From an uncultured archaeon (GTDB lineage: Archaea > Iainarchaeota > Iainarchaeia > Iainarchaeales > Iainarchaeaceae), in the NCBI GenBank assembly GCA_964577555.1, contig CAZNZM010000001.1, forward strand, positions 1 through 32,000: a stretch of 32,000 bases of DNA, read 5' to 3'. Below are positions 16,657 through 24,083 of the stretch, one piece after another (the first letter of the stretch is position 1; each line of letters opens with the position of its first letter). The notes beneath the pieces are model-generated. The model searched no databases. It saw only the letters and a program-made list of their open reading frames with translations, and was not told the DNA's origin. A program made the position numbers and the translations under genes.

Positions 16657-17036
16657 CAAAAACAGGAATAATACATATTTACGCTTCACACAATAATACA
16701 ATAATTGTACTCACAGACATAACAGGCTCTGAAACAATTGCAAAGTGCAGCGGCGGCATGGTTGTAAAATCGCAACACAAAGAAGGCTCGCCATACGCCG
16801 CAATGAAGGTTGCGGAAATAGTGGCTGAAAAAGCAAAGGAAAAAGGCATTGAAGAAGTCATTGTAAAAGTAAGAGGACAAGGCGGAATAAAACCAAAATC
16901 TCCTGGACAAGGAGCGGAAGCCGCAATACTTTCTCTCACGAGAAATAACATGAAAATCAAGGCAATTGAAAACGTTACCCCTATACCTCATGATGGTTGC
17001 AGGCGTAAAAAAAGGCATAGAAGCAAAAAGGAGTGA
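16653..17036 (+). CDS. rps11: 30S ribosomal protein S11 (uS11)
   Basis: GIIHIYASHNNTIIVLTDITGSETIAKCSGG and PIPHDGCRRKKRHR motifs. Confidence 0.95.
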   Translation: MTKTGIIHIYASHNNTIIVLTDITGSETIAKCSGGMVVKSQHKEGSPYAAMKVAEIVAEKAKEKGIEEVIVKVRGQGGIKPKSPGQGAEAAILSLTRNNMKIKAIENVTPIPHDGCRRKKRHRSKKE

Positions 17037-17040
17037 AAGC

Positions 17041-17736
17041 ATGGATGTCAAAGTTCTCAAAGAAAAAGGAAATTCAATGACAATATTAATAAAGGACACT
17101 AACAACGCATTTGTGAATGCTCTTCGCAGACAAATAATGGCTGGAACCCCAATATTTGCAATAGAAGATGTTTACATTTACGAAAATACTGGCGCAATGT
17201 ATGATGAAATGCTTGCACACAGGCTTGGCTTGATTCCGCTTAAAATGGATTCAAACAAATACAAGGAAGGAGAAAAAGTCAAATTAGTACTTGAAAAAGA
17301 AGGGCCTTGCACGGTTTACAGCAAAGACATTAAAAGCACTGATCCTTCAATAGAACCTGTTTATTTGAATATTCCGATAACAAAATTGACCGAAGGACAA
17401 AAAATAAAAATTGAAATGGATGCTGTTGCAGGGGTTGGAAAAACCCATTCAAAATACCAACCAGCAATAGTGGCTTACCAAGAACTGCCAATAATAACAT
17501 CTGAAAAAAGTGCCAAAGACAAGAGTTATAAGGCAGACATAATCGAAATGATTATAGATGAAAAGCATCGGGACCTGATGCTTAAACCCGGACAAAAAAT
17601 AGAATATGACCCAACAACATTTATTTTTACAATAGAAAGCCACGGTAATCTTGATTGCAAAGAGCTTTTGGAAAGCGCTTTAAACGGTTTAAAAGAAAGA
17701 TTGGAGGGATTCAGAAAAGAGTTAAAGAATTTATAA
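17041..17736 (+). CDS. rpoD: DNA-directed RNA polymerase subunit D (Rpo3)
   Basis: FVNALRRQIMAGTPIFAIEDVYIYENTGAMYDEMLAHRLGLIPL signature. ATG 17041 preferred because the extended ORF (16966) overlaps rps11. Confidence 0.9.
   Translation: MDVKVLKEKGNSMTILIKDTNNAFVNALRRQIMAGTPIFAIEDVYIYENTGAMYDEMLAHRLGLIPLKMDSNKYKEGEKVKLVLEKEGPCTVYSKDIKSTDPSIEPVYLNIPITKLTEGQKIKIEMDAVAGVGKTHSKYQPAIVAYQELPIITSEKSAKDKSYKADIIEMIIDEKHRDLMLKPGQKIEYDPTTFIFTIESHGNLDCKELLESALNGLKERLEGFRKELKNL
17729..17736 (+). promoter_or_regulatory. Candidate TATA box for the tRNA-Leu gene
   Basis: ATTTATAA overlaps the rpoD stop and is centred ~30 nt upstream of tRNA position 1 (17763), roughly the spacing expected for an archaeal promoter. 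Confidence 0.4.
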
Positions 17737-17762
17737 GCTGATTGGAGAAAAAAGGCATTAGA

Positions 17763-17917
17763 GCAGGAGTACCCAAGCGGCCAACGGGGCAGGACTTAAG
17801 AAACCTTTATGTCCGGTAAAAAAAATTCCCCGGCTTCTTCTTGCAATTAAATAGAAGAAAAGGCTGGAGTTATCCTGTGGCTTAGTGCCTTCGCAGGTTC
17901 GAATCCTGCCTCCTGCA
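17763..17917 (+). tRNA. tRNA-Leu (anticodon UAA) interrupted by a 71-nt intron at the canonical 37/38 position
   Basis: Acceptor GCAGGAG/CTCCTGC. Anticodon stem CAGGA (17790-94) / TCCTG (17873-77), loop CUUAAGA. Long variable arm GGC..GCC. T-arm GCAGG-TTCGAAT-CCTGC. Discriminator A, no encoded CCA. Confidence 0.85.
17801..17871 (+). other. tRNA-Leu intron (boundary ambiguous by 1 nt: 17801-17871 or 17802-17872)
   Basis: Removing it restores the 5-bp anticodon stem and a 7-nt loop. The flanks can form a relaxed bulge-helix-bulge (see findings). Confidence 0.7.
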
Positions 17918-17937
17918 TTAAAAAAAAGTGATTTTTT

Positions 17938-18297
17938 ATGAGAACCGGGCCTACAAACAGAGAAACTAAAAGTATTGCAGTAATGTTGGAAAGACATGGA
18001 AAAAAATCGCGTAAAAAGATTTTTACCGAAATAGCTGAAAAACTTTTGAAGCCTTCAAGAAAAAGGGCATGCGTAAACATATTCAAACTTAATGAAATCG
18101 CAAAAACCTGTGGCGAAAAAGTTTTAATTGTACCTGGAAAAGTTCTTGCATCAGGAGACTTGGAGAAAAAAATAGAAGTCGCTTGCTTGAATTGTTCGGC
18201 AACCGCAAAGAGAAAAATTGAAAGCATGAAAGGAAAAGTAATAGAGCTTAAAGAAATAATCGGGATTTCTCCCAATAAAATGGTGATTGTGGAATGA
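17938..18297 (+). CDS. rpl18e: 50S ribosomal protein L18e (eL18)
   Basis: 119 aa with MRTGPTNRETKSIAVMLERHGKK N-terminus. Conserved position before rpl13. Preceded by the GTGATTTTTT cassette. Confidence 0.9.
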   Translation: MRTGPTNRETKSIAVMLERHGKKSRKKIFTEIAEKLLKPSRKRACVNIFKLNEIAKTCGEKVLIVPGKVLASGDLEKKIEVACLNCSATAKRKIESMKGKVIELKEIIGISPNKMVIVE

Positions 18298-18716
18298 CAA
18301 TAATTGAAGGCAAAGGAATGGTTTTGGGAAGGCTGGCCTCGGTAATTGCAAAAAGGCTTTTAAAAAACGAGGTTATTGATGTTGTGAATTGTGAAAAAAT
18401 AGTTGTTATAGGCGATAAAACAATTGTAGTAGAAAAATTTTCAAAATGGCTTAAAATGGCTCCAAAAGGAAACCCTCTTAAAGGACCGAAATTTTCAAGA
18501 ATGCCTGACAAAATTGTCAAAAGAACTATTAGAGGAATGTTGCCTTGGAAACAACCAAAAGGAAAAAAAGCTTTCAAAAACCTCAAAATCCACATAGGTG
18601 TTCCAGAAAAGTTCGCATCAACCAAACCTGAAATAATAGAATCGGCCAAAAATCACAAGCAAAAAGGATTTGTTGAAATTGAAGAAATCAGCAAAAAATT
18701 AGGTGCAAAGTGGTGA
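18294..18716 (+). CDS. rpl13: 50S ribosomal protein L13 (uL13)
   Basis: IIEGKGMVLGRLASVIAKRLL and RTIRGMLPWKQPKGKKAFKNLKIHIGVP motifs. Confidence 0.95.
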   Translation: MTIIEGKGMVLGRLASVIAKRLLKNEVIDVVNCEKIVVIGDKTIVVEKFSKWLKMAPKGNPLKGPKFSRMPDKIVKRTIRGMLPWKQPKGKKAFKNLKIHIGVPEKFASTKPEIIESAKNHKQKGFVEIEEISKKLGAKW

Positions 18717-18720
18717 GTAA

Positions 18721-19134
18721 ATGGTTTCAAAGAAAAAAAAAGGAATATTTTCAAAAGCAAAAAAGAAAGAGGCCACGGCAAGAGCAGTTGCCAAAAAAGG
18801 CAAAGGAATTGTAAGGATTAATAAAAGAAATTTAATAACGATAGAACCAAAATATGTTCAAGAATTATTAAAAGAACCGCTTGAACTGGCTGGGCCAATC
18901 TCGCAAGAAGTGGACATCAATGTTAGAACTTATGGCGGCGGCTTCATGAGTCAAATGATAGCAGCAAGAGGAGCTATTGCAAAAGCATTGCTTGAATATG
19001 CGCATGATGAAAAACTAAAAAAGAAATTTTTAGCTTACGACAGAATGCTTTTGGTTGACGATGCAAGAAGAGTTGAGCCAAAGAAACAACTTGGTCCAAA
19101 AGCAAGAAGAAAGAAACAAAAGAGCAAGAGGTGA
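18721..19134 (+). CDS. rps9: 30S ribosomal protein S9 (uS9)
   Basis: [20 protein letters not shown] and [29 protein letters not shown]-terminus. Confidence 0.95.
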   Translation: MVSKKKKGIFSKAKKKEATARAVAKKGKGIVRINKRNLITIEPKYVQELLKEPLELAGPISQEVDINVRTYGGGFMSQMIAARGAIAKALLEYAHDEKLKKKFLAYDRMLLVDDARRVEPKKQLGPKARRKKQKSKR

Positions 19135-19139
19135 AAAAA

Positions 19140-19334
19140 ATGCTGGTGCCAATAAGATGCTTTAGTTGCGGAAAAGTAATAGGAGAATACTACGAACAAT
19201 TCAAGGAAAGAGTGCAAAGAGGCGAATCTGCTGAAAAAGTACTTGACGACATGGGCATTAAAAGGTATTGTTGTAGAAGAATGATTTTCTCGCACACCGA
19301 CACAATTGACGAAATTAACAAATACAAGGCGTGA
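19140..19334 (+). CDS. rpoN: DNA-directed RNA polymerase subunit N (Rpo10)
   Basis: [21 protein letters not shown] ... RYCCRRM zinc motif. GTG 19131 is an alternative start. Confidence 0.92.
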   Translation: MLVPIRCFSCGKVIGEYYEQFKERVQRGESAEKVLDDMGIKRYCCRRMIFSHTDTIDEINKYKA

Positions 19335-19339
19335 ATATT

Positions 19340-20128
19340 ATGACTGAAAATGCAAAAGAAAAAAATGAAGAAAAAACATCTGAAATAGAGCAAAAAGGCG
19401 AAGAACAAACAGCCAAACATACTGAACTTGTTGAAACGGAAAAATACCTTAATACCGGAGCGCATATTGGTACAAAATTCAAATCAGGTGAAATGAAACG
19501 CTACATTTACAAGATGAGAAAAGACGGCCTTTTTGTTCTTGATGTACAAACAATTGACAACAAACTAAAAGCAGCTTCAAAAATGCTATCAGGATATGCG
19601 ACAGAAAAAATTGCAGTTGTTGCAAGAAGAGCTTATGGACAAACCCCTGCAAAAGTATTTGCGGAAACAGTAGGCGCAACAGCCTTTACAGGCAGGTTTA
19701 TTCCTGGAACTTTCACAAATCCGCAGAACACACGATTTTTCGAACCAAAAATAGTTGTCGTTACAGACCCTGAAACCGACAGCCAAGCTATTGAGGAAGC
19801 CACAAGAATAAGAGTGCCAGTAATTGCATTCGTTTCAACAAACAATTCACTAAAAAACATTGACTTGGCAATACCAATAAACAACAAAGGCAAAAAAAGC
19901 CTGGCGCTGGCATTTTGGATATTAGCAAAAGAAATACTCAAAAAAAAGGGAGACATAAAAAGCGATTCGGAAATGTTGAAAAAAATCGAGGACTTTGAAT
20001 ACAAAATGAAAGAAGGGGAAGAAGAAGAAAAAAGCCACAAATTTGGCGACAAAAAAAAGCAATTTAACCGGCAAAGGGAAAGAAAAAACAAGCAACAAAA
20101 AAAAACCAGCAAACAGGTAATTAAATAA
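19340..20128 (+). CDS. rps2: 30S ribosomal protein S2 (uS2)
   Basis: YLNTGAHIGTKFKSGEMKRYIYKMRKDGLFVLDV core, with charged N- and C-terminal extensions. GTG 19331 is an alternative start. Confidence 0.92.
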   Translation: MTENAKEKNEEKTSEIEQKGEEQTAKHTELVETEKYLNTGAHIGTKFKSGEMKRYIYKMRKDGLFVLDVQTIDNKLKAASKMLSGYATEKIAVVARRAYGQTPAKVFAETVGATAFTGRFIPGTFTNPQNTRFFEPKIVVVTDPETDSQAIEEATRIRVPVIAFVSTNNSLKNIDLAIPINNKGKKSLALAFWILAKEILKKKGDIKSDSEMLKKIEDFEYKMKEGEEEEKSHKFGDKKKQFNRQRERKNKQQKKTSKQVIK

Positions 20129-20198
20129 CTGTAAAGGGTAAATATAAATACTTAATTCTTCTTAATATAATAGTTTTGGACAGAAATTAAGTGGTTAG

Positions 20199-20957
20199 AT
20201 GCAAGAATACGAAATTAATGAATTTTTGGAAAAACTTGGCTTGACTGAATACGAAGCAAAAACACTCGCTTCACTATTCAAACTGAAAGAAGCAGAAGCA
20301 CCAGAAATTTCAAGAAGCGCACAAGTACCAAAAACAAGAGTTTATGATGTACTTGACAGGCTAACGTCAAAAAAACTTGTCATAGAAATTCATGGCAGGC
20401 CAAAAAGATACATGACTCTTGAACCGACAGAAGTTTTCAAAATACTTATTGCGGAAAAGAAAAACGAAATAGCAGAACTTGAAAAAAAATCGGAAGAATT
20501 GAAAAATGTAATAATGCTTGAAAAACAGCCAAGCAAACACGAAAAAGTAATGAAAGTAAAAGACAAAAACGATTTCATAAAAATTCTTGGACAAGAAATA
20601 GAGACTGCAAACCAAAGCGTTCGAGCCTTAACCTCTTTGGAAAAAGAACACACAGTGCTTAAAGATTATGTGAGAAAATTGGCAGGCAAAAATGTGGATA
20701 TAAAAATCATTGCAAGCATAAACGAAAGCTCAAACAAGCTTGTAAAAGATTTCACAGAAGCTGGAGCCAAAATAAAGGATTACAACCACGGCATGAATGC
20801 TTACATAATTGATGGAAAAAAAGTTGTTTTAGCATTAAGCGATTTCCAAACAGAAAAACCTGAATACCATTTCACTATCTGGCAGGAAAACAAAGCTCTT
20901 GCAAACGCATTGATGAAATTTTTTGACCATGCATGGGAACAAGGAAAAGAAATATAA
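20199..20957 (+). CDS. TrmB-family (wHTH) transcriptional regulator
   Basis: N-terminal LGLTEYEAKTLASLFKLKEAEAPEISRSAQVPKTRVYDVLDRLTSKKLV winged helix, then a coiled-coil linker and a C-terminal domain. Family call from motif memory only. Confidence 0.72.
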   Translation: MQEYEINEFLEKLGLTEYEAKTLASLFKLKEAEAPEISRSAQVPKTRVYDVLDRLTSKKLVIEIHGRPKRYMTLEPTEVFKILIAEKKNEIAELEKKSEELKNVIMLEKQPSKHEKVMKVKDKNDFIKILGQEIETANQSVRALTSLEKEHTVLKDYVRKLAGKNVDIKIIASINESSNKLVKDFTEAGAKIKDYNHGMNAYIIDGKKVVLALSDFQTEKPEYHFTIWQENKALANALMKFFDHAWEQGKEI

Positions 20958-20981
20958 AGTAAGAAGAAAAATATAAAAAAA

Positions 20982-21288
20982 TCATTTTTTAGTGACTTTT
21001 TCCTCTTCAAAACGAGTTTTGCAATCATAAAAACCACAAATCCAATTATCAAAAAATTTATAAGAGACGCAAGAAAAGCACCCAAACCTATTTCTACTGG
21101 GCGATTAAAAACTTTGCAGTTTGCCAATCACCAGTGGCAAGGAAAGGTTTAATCAAAGGCATTATGTGATATTATTGACTAAAGATTGAACAAGATCGGT
21201 TGCGGCGGCGCCGATTATGAAAGCAACTGCAAGGCCTATTACCTTTATACTCTTCAAGAAAACTAAAGAATTCTTTCAAAATCTTCAC
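20982..21288 (-). pseudogene. mscL: Large-conductance mechanosensitive channel (MscL) pseudogene with at least 3, probably 4, frame disruptions
   Basis: MscL-like pieces lie in successive frames: VKILKEFFSFLEEYKG / VIGLAVAFIIGAAATDLVQSLVNNIT* / IMPLIKPFLATGDWQTAKF..* / NRPVEIGLGAFLASLINFLIIGFVVFMIAKLVLKRKK. Confidence 0.75.
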
Positions 21289-21354
21289 AAAACCACTAAA
21301 TGTAAATAAAGAAAATCAACAAATTAATAAGTCTTATACAAGAAGGAAATAAAT

Positions 21355-23010
21355 ATGGAAAAAGTGAAAAACGATGCTTACAGGTATGCAATAAAAAATG
21401 CTTTTGAACATGAAGGCAAAGCTGACATCGGCGCTGTGATAGGCAAACTAAAGGCGTTGCACAAAGAAATTGATGTAAAAAATCTTGTTCAACCTGCATC
21501 GGAAGCTGTAAAAAAAGTAAATTCAATGGCATTCCATGACATAGAAATTGAATTCAAAAAATTTGAGGAAAATTATGAATTGAAGCCTAAAGAAGGCAGA
21601 ACAGGGTTGCCGCAACTTGAATGGGCTGAAAAAGGCGAAGCTGTTGTTACTAGGTATGCGCCAAACCCAAATGGCCCTCCGCATCTTGGAAACGCAAGAG
21701 CCGCATTTTTGAGTTATGCTTATGCAAAAATGTATAATGGAAAATTCATTTTGAGGTTTGAAGACACTGACCCGAAAGTAAAAAAACCTATGAAAAATCC
21801 TGAAGAAGAATTCAGAAATGACCTTGAATGGTTCGGAATAAAAATAGATGAAGTGTACTTTGCATCAGATAGACTTCAAATTTATTACAATTATATGAAA
21901 AAACTCATTGAAATGGGTAAAGCTTATGTTTGCGAATGCAAAACCCAAGAGTGGAAAAAAGCTGTTGATGCAAAAAAACCATGCCCTTGCAGAAACAAGC
22001 CTGCAACTTTCCATACTGAAAAATTTGAAAAAATGCTAAAACATGAAATCAAAGAAGGCGAAGCAGTATTAAGAATAAAAACCGATTTGGATCACCCAGA
22101 CCCAAGCGTAAGGGATTGGTGGATAGCAAGAATTGTTGACAAACCAGAACATCCAAGAGCAACAGGAAAAGATCATGTTTGGCCAAGCTTCATGTTCCAA
22201 AGCGCCATTGACGATCACGAAATGGGAATCACTTTGATAATGCGCGGGCAAGAACACGCACAAAACTCGACAAAACAAAAATACTTGTATGATTATTTTG
22301 GTTGGAAACAACCTCACGCAATACATTTTGGCAGAATTTCATTGGGAAGCATGGTGTTAAGCACTTCCAAAATCAAAGCCGGGATTGAAAAAGGCGAATA
22401 CATTGGCTGGGACGACATAAGACTTGGAACTTTAAGGGCATTAAAAAGAAGGGGTTTTTTGCCGGAAGCTCTGCAAAAAATAATTGTTGATTGCGGCCTT
22501 ACCACGAGCGATGCTCGCATTTCGTTTTCAAAAATGGCGGCATATAACAGGGAATTAATAAAAGACAAAGCAGAAAAATCGGTGTTTATAGAAGAAGGGG
22601 TTCAAGTTGAAGTGCCAATGATGGACAGCATGGAGATTAAAAAAGACAATTTGACAATAAAACTTCCAAGAGGCATACATAAATTCATTGTGCCTGCAAA
22701 AGAAATTCCATTAAAAAAAGGCGAAATAGTCAGGCTTAGAAACGCTTATAACATAAAAATAGAAAAAAACGATGGTTACGGTGTGGAAGCTAAATTTGTG
22801 GGAAACGATCCAAAACAAAAACAAATAATTCCATGGATACATGAACCTATTGATTTGGAATTGATAATAGAAAATGGTTCAAGGGTTGTTGGTGCAATTG
22901 AAAATATGAAGCTAGAAAAAGGGAAAAGACTTTACCTTGAAAAAATTGGTTTTTGCATAATTGATTCAATTGAGGGTAAAAGGCCAATAGCGTATTTTAC
23001 GCATGAATGA
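21355..23010 (+). CDS. gltX: Glutamyl-tRNA synthetase (archaeal/eukaryal type)
   Basis: 551 aa. RYAPNPNGPPHLGNARAA (HIGH-type motif), ILRFEDTDP, and LSTSK in the KMSKS position. Confidence 0.92.
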   Translation: MEKVKNDAYRYAIKNAFEHEGKADIGAVIGKLKALHKEIDVKNLVQPASEAVKKVNSMAFHDIEIEFKKFEENYELKPKEGRTGLPQLEWAEKGEAVVTRYAPNPNGPPHLGNARAAFLSYAYAKMYNGKFILRFEDTDPKVKKPMKNPEEEFRNDLEWFGIKIDEVYFASDRLQIYYNYMKKLIEMGKAYVCECKTQEWKKAVDAKKPCPCRNKPATFHTEKFEKMLKHEIKEGEAVLRIKTDLDHPDPSVRDWWIARIVDKPEHPRATGKDHVWPSFMFQSAIDDHEMGITLIMRGQEHAQNSTKQKYLYDYFGWKQPHAIHFGRISLGSMVLSTSKIKAGIEKGEYIGWDDIRLGTLRALKRRGFLPEALQKIIVDCGLTTSDARISFSKMAAYNRELIKDKAEKSVFIEEGVQVEVPMMDSMEIKKDNLTIKLPRGIHKFIVPAKEIPLKKGEIVRLRNAYNIKIEKNDGYGVEAKFVGNDPKQKQIIPWIHEPIDLELIIENGSRVVGAIENMKLEKGKRLYLEKIGFCIIDSIEGKRPIAYFTHE

Positions 23011-23037
23011 AAAATTTATTTTCAATAGCCAGATCTT

Positions 23038-23283
23038 TTACATATTTTTTTTAACTCCGGTATTACTTAATAAATAATCCTCATTTTCAGACAATTTAGC
23101 GATCATATAATCTATTATTTTATCTTTCAATTCTTTTCTTTTTTTTATAAATTCATCACGTTTTTCATTTAATATATCTTTTACAATATTATGAATCTTG
23201 TGCGCCTGATATTTTTGTGATAAATCATTATTCTTCCTAAAAATTGCTTGGGATATTTGATAAGAAGTATGATCAATTCCCAC
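23038..23283 (-). CDS. Hypothetical small K/E-rich helical protein (orphan)
   Basis: 81-codon ORF with a GTG start only and no SD. No family recognised. The only evidence is an open frame in an AT-rich spacer. Confidence 0.3.
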   Translation of the reverse strand: MGIDHTSYQISQAIFRKNNDLSQKYQAHKIHNIVKDILNEKRDEFIKKRKELKDKIIDYMIAKLSENEDYLLSNTGVKKNM

Positions 23284-23478
23284 ATAATTAGATAAATTAA
23301 AATCTTGCCGTAATTAAATTGTCTGATTTTCCTTAAAAGTCGATTTTCTGGTTAAAAAAATATAATTTACTGCTTACAAAATAAAATATAAAAGTTAGGA
23401 CAAAACTATGCTGAAGAAACATTTTTATACTACAAATACGTTGTTTCTAATTACAAAAATTGTTTGGAGGTGCGAGTT

Positions 23479-23757
23479 TTGAATGCGATAAAAGTTGAAA
23501 TAACACCTGAGGAAAAGGCAAGCAGAATTGAGTTAGTAATAAGGTTTTTTTATATGATTCCTTTGTTTATAGTAATGTACATATTAGCATTAATTATGCA
23601 AATAGCAGTAGTGTTGAATTTTATTACTTCTCTTTTGCTTGGAAAAAGAATTCCAGTGCTTAATAATCTGGTCGTACTATACATAAAATATTTGAATAAG
23701 TTTTTAACTTACTTGTTCCTTAGCGATGAAAGGCCTGAAATCGTGCCAAAACCTTAA
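23479..23757 (+). CDS. DUF4389-like small membrane protein
   Basis: SRIELVIRFFYMIPLFIVMYIL...LLGKRIPVLNNLVVLYIKYLNKFLTYLFLSDERPE resembles the DUF4389 pattern. TTG 23479 sits 6 nt after GGAGGTG (23466-72). The ORF is open from 23464. Confidence 0.6.
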   Translation: MNAIKVEITPEEKASRIELVIRFFYMIPLFIVMYILALIMQIAVVLNFITSLLLGKRIPVLNNLVVLYIKYLNKFLTYLFLSDERPEIVPKP

Positions 23758-23770
23758 ATTGAAAATTAAT

Positions 23771-23830
23771 TGTTTTTATGGCAAAGTTTTTTCTTTGTCT
23801 TTTTTTAATTTTTGATTTTTTGTTGATTTT
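23771..23830 (+). terminator. Cluster of oligo-T runs downstream of the DUF4389 gene (archaeal termination signals)
   Basis: T5-T7 runs (TGTTTTTATGG, AGTTTTTTC, CTTTTTTTAA, GATTTTTTG, GATTTTTGG) within 70 nt after the stop codon. Confidence 0.35.
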
Positions 23831-23975
23831 TGGCAAAGTGTTTTTGCAAACTGATTTTTTCAATCGATTTTTGTATAAATTTATTAAAAAACTTTTATTT
23901 TGAGTTGTTTTTTAAAAATAAAGTTTTATTAAAGCTTTTAATTCTGATAAGCCTATCCTTTTAAACCCTTCCAAA

Positions 23976-23994
23976 TTATAAATAATTATATTTT
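23976..23994 (+). promoter_or_regulatory. Candidate TATA region for the rpl7ae cluster
   Basis: TTATAAAT (23976-83) and AATTATATTTT (23984-94) lie ~90-105 nt upstream of ATG 24084, implying a structured leader. Confidence 0.3.
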
Positions 23995-24083
23995 GTTTTG
24001 CAACTGGCTATTTGGCTTGTAGCTTGTTGTATTATTAGCCAATGACGATGATTCCCAAAAAGGGATAAGGAGGTGTGTGTAGC

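Noticed and set aside
16966-17040. N-terminally extended versions of track ORFs (rpoD from 16966, rps6e from 27526, DUF106 from 14335, rpl6 from 9237, rpl7ae from 24075, rps28e from 24451)
   Set aside because: The extensions overlap the preceding gene or spacer and lack family similarity. In each case an internal ATG preceded by a GGTG/GGAGG-type SD matches the conserved N-terminus.
17041-17736. RpoD has only two cysteines, so it lacks the Fe-S cluster domain seen in some archaeal D subunits
   Set aside because: Cluster-free D subunits are known in several archaeal lineages, so this is consistent with the Cys-poor trend but not unusual by itself.
17801-17871. Box C/D sRNA hidden in the tRNA-Leu intron, as in some archaeal tRNA-Trp introns
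   Set aside because: The intron contains no RUGAUGA (C box) or CUGA (D box) motifs.
23408-23482. 24-codon ATG ORF (MLKKHFYTTNTLFLITKIVWRCEF) upstream of the DUF4389 gene
   Set aside because: It is too short, has no SD, and overlaps the SD and start of the downstream gene, so it is probably a chance ORF in an AT-rich spacer.
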